Origin: a virus | Length of the DNA: 64,000 bases | Strand: one strand, 5' to 3' | UHGV virus genome: UHGV-0209088 | Shown here: positions 1 to 8,898 of the stretch, in pieces | Position numbering within the stretch: the first letter of the stretch is position 1 | Layout of the letters: every line of letters begins with the position of its first letter | The notes under the pieces: generated by a model | The model's database searches: none | Seen by the model: only the letters and a program-made list of their open reading frames with translations | What the model was told of the DNA's origin: nothing | Program-made: the position numbers and the translations under genes

Positions 1-483
1 ATGGCTATTCTGACAGATTCAGGCCGCGCTGCGGTCGCTAATTCCATTAAGGCACAGCCCATTCATCTGGCATGGGGTTCTGGCTCCGTTGACTGGGACG
101 TTTCGCAGCCGCCTGAAAGCATCAGCACCTCTACGCTGCTTGCTGAGGTTGGCCGCCGCAAGGTCACGCAGGCAATGTTCTGTTCGCCGGATCCTCTGGG
201 CGAGATTGTCGTGTCCGAAGGGCGCTTCACTATCTCTAACGAACCGACCAAATTTCTGTATCTGCGCTTCGCGTTCGATTTCCTTGATGCTCAGGACGCT
301 ACTATCCGCGAGCTTGGCGTCTTCGTCGGCACCGAAGCCAAATCGACTACTCCTGCCGGTCAGGACTACCTGCTGCCGGAAGATATCGAAGCGCCGGGCC
401 AGCTGCTGGTGCTCGAATACATCCAAAAGCTCCAGCGTAGTCCGCAGATCCGCCAGCAATTCGAATTCGTTGTTCAATTCTAA
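1..483 (+). CDS. phage virion structural protein in the tail/baseplate module (160 aa; window begins exactly at its ATG, so it could be 5'-partial)
   Basis: Heads a co-directional block of structural ORFs that ends in tail fibers; no recognisable enzymatic motif. Confidence 0.35.
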   Translation: MAILTDSGRAAVANSIKAQPIHLAWGSGSVDWDVSQPPESISTSTLLAEVGRRKVTQAMFCSPDPLGEIVVSEGRFTISNEPTKFLYLRFAFDFLDAQDATIRELGVFVGTEAKSTTPAGQDYLLPEDIEAPGQLLVLEYIQKLQRSPQIRQQFEFVVQF

Positions 484-495
484 GGCCCAGACACT

Positions 496-2517
496 ATGAG
501 CTTAAACGGCTACTATGACCGCTCGGAGGCGGAGCAGGCGAAAGGCTACGAACGCCACGAGTTTCTGGCGGGCCGGGTTCTCCAGTCTTCCGAACTTAAC
601 GAGGTTCAGGCTTACGCCACGGCCCGTGCCAAAGCGCTGGGCGACGCACTGTTCAAAGACGGTGACATCGTTCGTGATGCCCGCGCTATCGTCAACCAGG
701 ATACCGGCGTCACTCAGCTCGAGTCCGGTGCTGTTTACCTGCGCGGGACTGTCCGCGGAGTTCCGAGCGGAACGATTACGATCCCTGTCACCGGGACCGT
801 GATTATCGGCATCTATCTGAACGAAAACACCATCACCGAAGAACAAGACCCGGATCTGCTTGACCCGGCGCGTGAGACGCGAAGCTATCAGGAACCTGGC
901 GCCGCCCGCCTGCAGATCATTCCGCAGTGGGGTTATCAGGGCGACGGCTCATCCGATGGCGAGTTCTTCCCGATCTACTACGTTGATGACGGTCAGCTCC
1001 GCGCCAAAGAAGCGCCTCCGCAACTGGATAGCGTCTCTCAGGCGATCGCGCGCTACGACCGCGACAGTACCGGCTCCAGCTACATTGTTTCCGGCTTGCA
1101 GGTAACGGCCATGAACGACCTGGAGGATGGGACGCAGGTCTACAGCATCAAGGATGGCCGTGCGCGCGTTAACGGGTTCGGTGTTTCCGTCAGTACGGCA
1201 CGCCGTCTGGAATACCCCGCGGTTCCTGATCTTCGTTTTATCGACAGCGAGCCGCACGCGTCTACGACAGCCGGTTCCCAGCGCGTCGAGCTGGACCGCA
1301 CGCCAATTAACGAGATCACGCAGGTTCGCATCACGGCGGAAAAACAGGCCACGATGGTGCATGGCACCTTCTCCGGCGCTCAGGATCCTCTGCCTGATAC
1401 ATCTGTCATTGAAATCGTGGCGGTGAATCAGGGCGGAACCTGGAACGGAACCGCATTTGTTGGCGGAACCACCTATGTCAAGGACAGCGACTATAAACTG
1501 ACCTCCGGCAAGGTGGATTGGTCGCTTCCGGGAAACGAGCCTGCTCCCGGTTCGACCTATTCCGTGGTTTACCGGCACATCACATCGGTTGACCCGACTG
1601 GCGTGGATAACACCGGCTTTACCATCGAAGGCGCGGTAACGGGAACGCTCATCCTAATCAACTACTCGGCAAAGCTGCCGCGTATTGACCGTCTGTGCAT
1701 GGATGAAAGCGGAGCCTTCCTGTGGGTGCAGGGTGTTGCAACCGACTATGATCCGGTTCGCCCATCCATCCAGAGCAACATGCTGGCCATCTGCCAGATT
1801 TACCAGACCTGGGATGGCAATCGCCGCGTCGTCAATGACGGCACCCGTGTGGTCAGGATGGATGAGATTGAAGGGCTGAACTTCCGTCTGGATAACCTGA
1901 CCGACCTGGTGGCTCAGCAGAAGCTGGTTTCAGATATCGGAACGCGTGAAGCGGCCGCCAAGAAGGGCATGTTCGTTGACCCGTTCACCGGCGACGAGCA
2001 GCGCGATCAGGGTATCACCCAGACCGCCGCGGTTCTCGGTTACGCGCTCACGCTGCCGATTGACGGCTATGCAATCTCGGTGAGTTCTGATGTAGCTGGC
2101 CCGACTTCCTGCGAATTCACGCTGGAGCCGATCCTGCAGCAGACCTCCCGCACGGGTGACATGAAAATCAACCCGTACATGGCGTTCACCGTTCCGGCAA
2201 AACCCGTCGTACTGACGCCAAACATAGATCGCTGGACTGAAACGCAGACCACCTGGCTCAGCCCGATTACGCAGAAGTTCATTGTCGATAACGCGATCAA
2301 GGACGCCTACCACTACCGCCTGTACGGCACCAATCTGGCAGGCTGGCCGTCCTATACCACGACCACGACCGAAACCGTGCTCGTCAGTTCGAAGAACTCG
2401 CGCATCGAGAACCTGCGCCAGATCGAAGTGAAGTTCGAAGCCACCGGCTTCGGCCCGAATGAGCAGCTTGTTTCCCTCAAGTTTGACGGGATCTCCGTCA
2501 CGCCTGTTGCGATTTAA
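496..2517 (+). CDS. large tail/baseplate structural protein (673 aa)
   Basis: Sits between a small structural ORF and the tail fibers; the size order small-then-~670-aa resembles a baseplate wedge pair, but no motif is verifiable by eye. Confidence 0.4.
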   Translation: MSLNGYYDRSEAEQAKGYERHEFLAGRVLQSSELNEVQAYATARAKALGDALFKDGDIVRDARAIVNQDTGVTQLESGAVYLRGTVRGVPSGTITIPVTGTVIIGIYLNENTITEEQDPDLLDPARETRSYQEPGAARLQIIPQWGYQGDGSSDGEFFPIYYVDDGQLRAKEAPPQLDSVSQAIARYDRDSTGSSYIVSGLQVTAMNDLEDGTQVYSIKDGRARVNGFGVSVSTARRLEYPAVPDLRFIDSEPHASTTAGSQRVELDRTPINEITQVRITAEKQATMVHGTFSGAQDPLPDTSVIEIVAVNQGGTWNGTAFVGGTTYVKDSDYKLTSGKVDWSLPGNEPAPGSTYSVVYRHITSVDPTGVDNTGFTIEGAVTGTLILINYSAKLPRIDRLCMDESGAFLWVQGVATDYDPVRPSIQSNMLAICQIYQTWDGNRRVVNDGTRVVRMDEIEGLNFRLDNLTDLVAQQKLVSDIGTREAAAKKGMFVDPFTGDEQRDQGITQTAAVLGYALTLPIDGYAISVSSDVAGPTSCEFTLEPILQQTSRTGDMKINPYMAFTVPAKPVVLTPNIDRWTETQTTWLSPITQKFIVDNAIKDAYHYRLYGTNLAGWPSYTTTTTETVLVSSKNSRIENLRQIEVKFEATGFGPNEQLVSLKFDGISVTPVAI

Positions 2518-2528
2518 GGGGATTTTTC

Positions 2529-3743
2529 ATGGCAATTGTTGCCGACGCTAATGGCGTCATCAAAGGTAAGTTCACCATCCCGGCCAATATTCAGGCCGGG
2601 GCAAAGAGCGTTGAGCTGGTCGGTTCTGGCGGCAGTCGTGGCAGCGCGGTCTTCGTAGGCGAGGGGAACCTCGTCAGCGAGGTTCTGCAGAGCGTCACCC
2701 GCACCACCCAGACCTACTACGACCCGCTGGCTCAGACCTTCTCGCTGAGCGAAGAGAACCAGCTCGGCGGGGTGGATATCTTCGTCACTGCCAAGGGCAG
2801 TACGGCGATGAGCGTCCAGATCCGTGAGACGCAGACCGGCTTCCCGACCCAGACCATTCTGGCGGAGGCAACCATCGAGCCGACACAGATCACCGTGGGT
2901 GCCTGGAACCGCTTCACGTTCAATACGCCGGTTCGCGCTCTGGCGAACGTGGAATATGCGATTGTCGTGCTGTGCAACGATCCGCTTGGTTCGGTGGCGA
3001 TTGCTGAACTGGGCAAGTGGGACAGCACCAATGGTCGCTGGGTGACGCAGCAGCCGTATCAGATCGGCGTCCTGCTATCGTCTTCCAACGCCTCAACGTG
3101 GACAGCGCACCAAGACCGTGACCTGACGTTCCGCCTGCTGGCGCGCCGCTACACCCAGGCTGAGCGCACCGTGGATATGGGCACCGTGAGCGTGACGGAC
3201 GCCACCGACATCGTGGTGCTGTCGATGACGGATAATCCCGCGACCGGCGCCGACAGCGAGCTCATCATGACCATGCCGGACGGCTCAACCATCAGCTCCA
3301 GTGACGGCCAGACCATCCGCTTTGCTACCAAGGTGACCGGCAACGTAGGCGTGAAAACTAAACTCAGGGCTACGCAGAAGGCGTCCGCCATGCTGTACCC
3401 GGGGTCACAGCTGGTCGTTGGTACGATTGCCGCGACTGCTGAGTACGTGTCCCGTGCCGTTGATGCTGATGCCGCTGGCTGTACAGTTCGCGTCATCTTC
3501 GATGCCAACGTTCCATCCGGGGCTTCGGTGGCCGTCTACCTCAGTGGTGTGGATTCTGGCGACACCTGGCAGCTGATGTCTCCTGACCCACTCAAGACGC
3601 CGATCCCGGTCGGGGATAATGTCTACGAGTTCAACTACAAGATGGCCAGCGTAATGGAGGCGAAGGTCCGCGTGAAGCTGGTTCTCAGCGGCACGCCTGC
3701 GGCTCGCCCATACGTCTACAACCTCCGCGTCAGTATTGTTTAA
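2529..3743 (+). CDS. tail structural protein (404 aa)
   Basis: Tightly coupled (11-nt gap) to the upstream structural gene and precedes the receptor-binding protein genes. Confidence 0.35.
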   Translation: MAIVADANGVIKGKFTIPANIQAGAKSVELVGSGGSRGSAVFVGEGNLVSEVLQSVTRTTQTYYDPLAQTFSLSEENQLGGVDIFVTAKGSTAMSVQIRETQTGFPTQTILAEATIEPTQITVGAWNRFTFNTPVRALANVEYAIVVLCNDPLGSVAIAELGKWDSTNGRWVTQQPYQIGVLLSSSNASTWTAHQDRDLTFRLLARRYTQAERTVDMGTVSVTDATDIVVLSMTDNPATGADSELIMTMPDGSTISSSDGQTIRFATKVTGNVGVKTKLRATQKASAMLYPGSQLVVGTIAATAEYVSRAVDADAAGCTVRVIFDANVPSGASVAVYLSGVDSGDTWQLMSPDPLKTPIPVGDNVYEFNYKMASVMEAKVRVKLVLSGTPAARPYVYNLRVSIV

Positions 3744-3755
3744 GGAAGATAAAAA

Positions 3756-4124
3756 ATGATCGACCAAAAAACCCCTCGTCTGGCGCTGCCGCTTCCGAAT
3801 ATCGACAACTACCTTGAGGATGATGTCGTCAGATTGGCAGACTCGTTATCAATCCTTGACGGGAAAGTTGCGACTGTAGGCGAGGATGGAAAGGTTCCAG
3901 CTGAGCAAATGCCGGATCTTTCAATGTCATGGGAAGGTGAGCTGGTTACTGGTGGTGGTTCTCCATCGGGGTCGGTAAGCACGTACAGCACTGGAAGCCT
4001 ACCGACCGCGAGCAGCAATGCGCTCAGGACAATCTTTGTGACTGGGATCCTCTCTCATCCAATACCATGTTACAGCGACGGAGCTAGCTGGAGAAAGTTC
4101 TCCGACAACTCTGTGATTGCATGA
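3756..4124 (+). CDS. short protein made mostly of the conserved N-terminal anchor domain of receptor-binding proteins
   Basis: N-terminus PRLALPLPNIDNYLEDDVVRLADSLSILD matches the N-termini of the fiber at 4217 and the tailspike at 61321 (LPLP...DV.RL motif). Confidence 0.4.
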   Translation: MIDQKTPRLALPLPNIDNYLEDDVVRLADSLSILDGKVATVGEDGKVPAEQMPDLSMSWEGELVTGGGSPSGSVSTYSTGSLPTASSNALRTIFVTGILSHPIPCYSDGASWRKFSDNSVIA

Positions 4125-4128
4125 TTTC

Positions 4129-4156
4129 AACCCCGCTTCGGCGGGGTTTTCTTTTG
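4129..4156 (+). terminator. rho-independent terminator
   Basis: CCCCGC-TTCG-GCGGGG hairpin followed by TTTTCTTTT, directly after the stop at 4124. Confidence 0.55.
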
Positions 4157-4216
4157 GCTGCGCACACTTGTTGTGATGTTACACTAAATCAACATCCATC
4201 CACGCAGACGAAAGAT

Positions 4217-5464
4217 ATGTTCGATGACCGTTCTGAGAATTATGAACTGCCGCTCCCCAACGTAGCGAACCCGCTGCGGATCGACGTTGACCGGCTCCGC
4301 ACGACAATCAGCACGCTCGACACGCTGCTGAAGAATATCGAGACAGCCGCCAATGCCGCCATGCACTATGCTGGTGACTGGGACGCGGCCACCAATACTC
4401 CAGCGATGCCTGCTGCGGCGGCCGCGAACAAGGGCGCCTACTACGTCATCTCCGTGTCAGGATCGACGGCGGTGGATGGCACAAACAAATGGGTGGCCGG
4501 AGACTGGATCGTCTCAAACGGCGCGAAATGGGTGCGTATCGCTAACAGCGAGGTGTTCGACGCAGCCGCTATCACGTCTGGCATCTTCGACCAGGCGCGC
4601 ATCCCTGAGATCCCGATTGAGCGGGTGACCGGCCTTCATGATGTGCTGAATGCAGAACTGCCAATCAGCCAGATTACCGGCCTGAACACTGCGCTCGACT
4701 CCAAACAGCCAAACCTCGGATTCACGCCGGTGCAGCAGGGCGGTGGCACCAACCAGCTCACCAACAAGGTGAAGATCGGGTGGGGTACTGACAGCCGCCT
4801 GCGCGTCACGGTGGATAGCACCGATCTCGGTTACTTCTGGACCAGCAACAACCTGAACCCGTCAAGCTACTTCCCGGTTGCCGGAGGTGCCTATACGGGC
4901 ATGGTCTACACCGCATCGATCAATGGCGTGATGGCTCAGGGTGACGGGTCATCCTCTCTCGAGGTCCGCAGCGGAAGTGGTGCTGGCGACGGCGGCATGG
5001 CACTGATGGGTTTCCATGCTCAGGGTTACTACGGGATCAAGCTGGGCCTTCGTTCAGATGGCTACTTCGGCCTTGGCGGCTGGTCATCGGCTGCCTGGCG
5101 CTGGTATTCGGTGCCGAACGGCGACATGGTTGCCTCTGGAAACATCGGCGCTTACTCGGATCCGCGTTTGAAAGACGACGTGGAACTCATCGACGGTGCG
5201 CTGGATATCATCGAGAAGCTGGATGGTGTCCGCTTCACATGGAACCACAAGACTAAGCTCATCGGGAAACCTGGGGAACGCGATATCGGCGTTCTGGCAG
5301 ATCAGGTTGAAGCCGTCCTGCCTGAGCTCGTTTCCCGCTCAATTCCTGATGACGAGAACGATGGCGAACGCTGGCGCGTGGTAGCCTACGACAAGCTGGT
5401 TCCGGTGCTGATTGAGGCCGTGAAGGAGCTGGCTGGTCGGGTGAGAGAACTGGAGGGCCGATAA
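4217..5464 (+). CDS. tail fiber with C-terminal intramolecular chaperone (peptidase S74-like auto-cleaving domain)
   Basis: C-terminal SDPRLKDDVELIDGALDIIEKLDGVRFTWNHK...VAYDKLVPVLIEAVKEL is the classic endosialidase-chaperone motif. Start moved to the internal ATG at 4217 because the track ORF's N-terminus overlaps the terminator; N-terminal LPLP anchor motif present. Confidence 0.7.
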   Translation: MFDDRSENYELPLPNVANPLRIDVDRLRTTISTLDTLLKNIETAANAAMHYAGDWDAATNTPAMPAAAAANKGAYYVISVSGSTAVDGTNKWVAGDWIVSNGAKWVRIANSEVFDAAAITSGIFDQARIPEIPIERVTGLHDVLNAELPISQITGLNTALDSKQPNLGFTPVQQGGGTNQLTNKVKIGWGTDSRLRVTVDSTDLGYFWTSNNLNPSSYFPVAGGAYTGMVYTASINGVMAQGDGSSSLEVRSGSGAGDGGMALMGFHAQGYYGIKLGLRSDGYFGLGGWSSAAWRWYSVPNGDMVASGNIGAYSDPRLKDDVELIDGALDIIEKLDGVRFTWNHKTKLIGKPGERDIGVLADQVEAVLPELVSRSIPDDENDGERWRVVAYDKLVPVLIEAVKELAGRVRELEGR

Positions 5465-5465
5465 T

Positions 5466-6182
5466 ATGGCACTTCATGGTTCTGGCACGATCTGGCTGTC
5501 CCAGATCCGCGATGAATTCGGAAACTGGGGGCCGCCTAACTACCTGTCGCATTACTATCGCGGGCAGCTCACCACAACCAACAATACCAACGTGCCAGCA
5601 AGCGGGCCGATTTACTTCAGTCAGTTCTTCGGCGCGGTAAAAGCTACGTCAGGAACGAGAGACTACGCCTCGCCAGGTTCGTTCACGTTCACAGTACCGC
5701 CGTTCCAGAGGCTGCGCGTGCGCGTCTGGGGTGGTGGTGGCGCGTCATACGGAGGGACGGCTGGCACGCGTAGCTCGTTCAATGGTGTGGTCGGTAACGC
5801 CGGTGGTACGGGCGGCGTCCGCGGCGGCGAAACCAGTGGGCCTAACGTTGGAGGCGCTGGCGGCACCTATTCCGTTCCAAGCGGAGGCAGTGGCGGTAAC
5901 GGTGAAAAGGGCGGCGAGATCTACTACTACAACCTAGCAGCCCGAGCAGCGTCCGGTTCCGGCTCCGTGACATATGGTGGTGGCTCTCACGGTGTCGCGC
6001 AGGGCAACGTCGGTACAATTCGCGGTCTGGGTGGCGGTGGTGGTTATGCTGACTACACGTTCAGCCCGGGGCAGCTCACTGTCGGCGGGCAGTACACCGT
6101 CACGGTCGGTAAGGGCGGCACATCCCCTCAAGGCGCGAGCTACAACGCCAACGATGGCCGCGTCTATATCGACTGGTCGTAA
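5466..6182 (+). CDS. glycine-rich tail fiber-associated protein
   Basis: Long GGxGG-rich stretches; ATG sits 1 nt after the fiber stop (TAATATG). Confidence 0.45.
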   Translation: MALHGSGTIWLSQIRDEFGNWGPPNYLSHYYRGQLTTTNNTNVPASGPIYFSQFFGAVKATSGTRDYASPGSFTFTVPPFQRLRVRVWGGGGASYGGTAGTRSSFNGVVGNAGGTGGVRGGETSGPNVGGAGGTYSVPSGGSGGNGEKGGEIYYYNLAARAASGSGSVTYGGGSHGVAQGNVGTIRGLGGGGGYADYTFSPGQLTVGGQYTVTVGKGGTSPQGASYNANDGRVYIDWS

Positions 6183-6245
6183 ACGCGCCACTCTGTCGGC
6201 CTGAAAGGGTCGTGACACGACAATGCACCTATCCCAACCAGATAG

Positions 6246-6578
6246 GTGCAAATCATGCCTCAGTTCATTTCCAGTTTTCTCAAGCGCTTTAAGGCGCTGG
6301 GCGACAAGTCCGCACTCTTCCTCATCATCCCTGCAGTGGCCGCCCTGTTCTTCATCGACGCAGCGATGGTGAAGACGCTGGTGCAGTGGCTCATCTTCGC
6401 ACCGATCATCGCCGGCGTCGCCATCATGGTCAGCCGGGTGGTGTTCCCGCAGGTAAACCTGACCCAGCTCGTTAAGGAGACGCACGAGGGGAACAAGGCG
6501 TCAGCCATCCTCGCCGGCGCTCTGCTGCTATTCGTCGGCCTGCTGGTCTACGCACTCGTTACGTGGGCCAAAGCATAA
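6246..6578 (+). CDS. holin-like membrane protein
   Basis: 110 aa with about three hydrophobic helices; sits immediately upstream of the endolysin. Confidence 0.4.
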   Translation: MQIMPQFISSFLKRFKALGDKSALFLIIPAVAALFFIDAAMVKTLVQWLIFAPIIAGVAIMVSRVVFPQVNLTQLVKETHEGNKASAILAGALLLFVGLLVYALVTWAKA

Positions 6579-7270
6579 TGGTCAGGTTCCTGCTCCAGAT
6601 CGTGCTGTTCGCGTACTGCATTCCAGCTGCGGCAGCTGACATTCCGAAGGGTGCGGTGAAATACCTGCCGGAGCTGGTCTCCGTCCAACAGGATATCTGG
6701 CCATCCGCGCCGATGCCGTCGTTCCTGGCGGCTCAGGTGGAGCAGGAATCCTGCATTACTCTGACGCACTCGAAATGCTGGAACCCGCGCGCCGAGCTCA
6801 AGACATCTCGCGAGAACGGCATCGGCTTCGGGCAGTTCACCCGGGCATACAAAGCGGACGGCAGCATCAGGTTCGATAAGATCTCTGAGCTTGCCGCGGC
6901 GCACGAAAGCCTGCGCGGGTGGTCATGGGCTACCCGGTACGATCCGCACTTTCAGCTCACAGCCATTGTCGAGATGGATAAGGGCATTTTTAACCGCCAG
7001 AAGGGGGCGGCCACCGACCGTGACCGGCTCTCCTTCACGCTCTCCGCATACAACGGCGGCGAGGCAGGCGTACTGCAGGATCGCAGGCTCTGCGCCAACA
7101 CTCGTGGATGCAACTCGACCCGCTGGAAGGGCCACGTCGCAAACACCAGTCTGAAGTCCAAAGTGCCTCACCCCGGATACAAGAAATCTTTCTACGCCAT
7201 CAACCGCGAATACGTGACCAACGTGCTCGAGGTCCGGCGTCCAAAATATGACCCATACTTTAAGCGGTGA
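6563..7270 (+). CDS. endolysin: SLT-domain lytic transglycosylase with an N-terminal signal/SAR-like hydrophobic segment
   Basis: AQVEQESCITLTHSKCWNPRAELKTSRENGIGFGQFT carries the SLT catalytic-Glu region; hydrophobic N-terminus MVRFLLQIVLFAYCIPAAAA. The start may instead be the ATG at 6578 overlapping the upstream stop. Confidence 0.65.
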   Translation: MGQSIMVRFLLQIVLFAYCIPAAAADIPKGAVKYLPELVSVQQDIWPSAPMPSFLAAQVEQESCITLTHSKCWNPRAELKTSRENGIGFGQFTRAYKADGSIRFDKISELAAAHESLRGWSWATRYDPHFQLTAIVEMDKGIFNRQKGAATDRDRLSFTLSAYNGGEAGVLQDRRLCANTRGCNSTRWKGHVANTSLKSKVPHPGYKKSFYAINREYVTNVLEVRRPKYDPYFKR

Positions 7271-7276
7271 GCCTGA

Positions 7277-7480
7277 ATGGACAACCAATCTGAAGACATC
7301 CGTGAACTCAGCAACAACGTCGTCAGGCTTCAGGAGCAGGTCGCAACCTTGCAGACCGCCGTGAAAGACCTGGTGACCCGCGTCGAGTTCACGCCAGTAA
7401 AGCTGATCGCCTACGGGCTGGCGGGCACCATCCTGTCGTCGGTTCTGATGGCGATCCTTTCAAAGGTGCTGATGAAATGA
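7277..7480 (+). CDS. small protein with a C-terminal transmembrane helix (lysis accessory or holin-like)
   Basis: 67 aa: coiled-coil N-terminus plus a C-terminal TM segment; lies within the lysis cassette. Confidence 0.3.
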   Translation: MDNQSEDIRELSNNVVRLQEQVATLQTAVKDLVTRVEFTPVKLIAYGLAGTILSSVLMAILSKVLMK

Positions 7481-7938
7481 CAGACATTCTCTACAGCCGG
7501 AAGGAGAAGACCTTCTTCTACGCGTGCGCGTACCTTGGCGCACTGTTCGCATCGACCATCATCCTCTGGTGGTCGGTTCTGGTCGGCGGCAACCCGCTGA
7601 CCTTCAAAAGCGCGCACATCGTGAATAACGAGGGCAGGGAGGTCGCTGCTCTCCACGTCGGAGAGGCGGCAGGGATACGGCGCTTCGTTTGCTCGAAACA
7701 ACCCGTTGGCGTCGAGTTCTTCCCCACCCTACGGGATCAAGCCGGTCTCCTCTACCCGCTGCCATCAGGCATGATCGAAGCCCAGAAGGGCTGTGCGTTC
7801 CGAACCTACGGGTTCGTGGTCCCTGATATCCCTCCCGGCGAGTACGTCTACCAGAGCACCATACGATTCCAGGCAAACCTGGTCGGGCGCGATGAGATGT
7901 CCGCCTCTCCCGAAGTCAAACTGAGGATCGTCAAATGA
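7477..7938 (+). CDS. membrane-anchored protein of unknown function inside the lysis cassette
   Basis: N-terminal TM segment (YACAYLGALFASTIILWWSVLV); overlapping start and stop codons with its neighbours. Confidence 0.3.
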   Translation: MTDILYSRKEKTFFYACAYLGALFASTIILWWSVLVGGNPLTFKSAHIVNNEGREVAALHVGEAAGIRRFVCSKQPVGVEFFPTLRDQAGLLYPLPSGMIEAQKGCAFRTYGFVVPDIPPGEYVYQSTIRFQANLVGRDEMSASPEVKLRIVK

Positions 7939-8357
7939 GCCAGATTATCGACGCAGCAACCGCGCCGGCGAAGAAGGCCGCCCTTCCGTGGATTGTGGCC
8001 GCCGTCCTGTTTGCCATCATCGCCACCGGTGCCGCGTGCCTGTATTTCGGCATGCTGATCCAGCGCGGATGGGATGCGGATGATAAAGTCCAGATGGCGA
8101 ACGCCTACGGCGACGCGATGAAGGAGCGGGAGGCCCGCCTGAAGGAACTGCAGGCCAAAGGGGGACTCATCGAGGGCGATTTCCTGACGGCCCTGAAGGG
8201 CATGCAGGTGGTCAACAAGACCTACTACAATGAGGTCCAGAAAGAGACCGAGAAGCTGGTCTACACGGACTGCAAGCTGCCTGACAGCGGCGTGGATCTG
8301 CTGAACAAGCACATCGATGACGTGAACATGCGCCTGATTGGCAAGGGGGCAAAATGA
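7935..8357 (+). CDS. i-spanin (Rz-like)
   Basis: N-terminal TM segment followed by a charged coiled-coil periplasmic domain; immediately precedes a lipoprotein gene. Confidence 0.5.
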   Translation: MSQIIDAATAPAKKAALPWIVAAVLFAIIATGAACLYFGMLIQRGWDADDKVQMANAYGDAMKEREARLKELQAKGGLIEGDFLTALKGMQVVNKTYYNEVQKETEKLVYTDCKLPDSGVDLLNKHIDDVNMRLIGKGAK

Positions 8358-8611
8358 AGACGCTGACCATTATCCTGCTGGCGGCGATGCTGTCCGGATG
8401 CGGCGCGACCTACAAGTACAGTGTCGACGCAGCGGTGAATAAGATGCCCGAGTCCGTCCGCCAGAAGTGCGACCCGGTTCCGAAGGATCTGAAGCACGGT
8501 GCCACGATGGGCGACCAGACGAAGGCTTACGATAACCTGGTGGGCCTCTACGGCGAATGCGCTGAGCGCGATGCCGCAAAGGCCGACTGGATCGCGTCTC
8601 AGGGTCAGTGA
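8354..8611 (+). CDS. o-spanin lipoprotein (Rz1-like)
   Basis: Signal peptide with lipobox LSGCGA; 85 aa. Confidence 0.5.
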   Translation: MKTLTIILLAAMLSGCGATYKYSVDAAVNKMPESVRQKCDPVPKDLKHGATMGDQTKAYDNLVGLYGECAERDAAKADWIASQGQ

Positions 8612-8832
8612 CGGAAGTTCCGCTGGCGGGCTTCCAGCTTTGATTTGCAGTCCACGCAGATTGTGAAACCGTGTTCGCGTCTTGCCGCTGGCATCTCAGC
8701 GTCACAGTATTCGCAGAACTCCGGGCCATATCCGGCGTCGTCAGGGGTGTAGCGCACAGGGGCCGGGCGGGAAGCATTATTGCGCTCCCACTGCATCAGC
8801 TCCTGTTCTTGTGCCTTGTCTTCTTGTGACAT
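8605..8832 (-). CDS. TraR/DksA-family C4 zinc-finger protein
   Basis: CEYCDAEMPAARRE...CVDCK zinc finger in a 75-aa protein; typical neighbour of int/xis regions in lambdoid phages. Confidence 0.7.
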   Translation of the reverse strand: MSQEDKAQEQELMQWERNNASRPAPVRYTPDDAGYGPEFCEYCDAEMPAARREHGFTICVDCKSKLEARQRNFRH

Positions 8833-8898
8833 AATTACTCTCCAAATGAATACGGCCCCGGAAAACCCGGAGCCGTTTTTATTTTCGCGTCACGCTGT

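Noticed and set aside
4121-4216. N-terminal 32 residues of track ORF 4121-5464
   Set aside because: This segment overlaps a canonical rho-independent terminator hairpin (4129-4156) and lacks the conserved LPLP anchor. The LPLP motif starts at the internal Met at 4217, which is taken as the real start.
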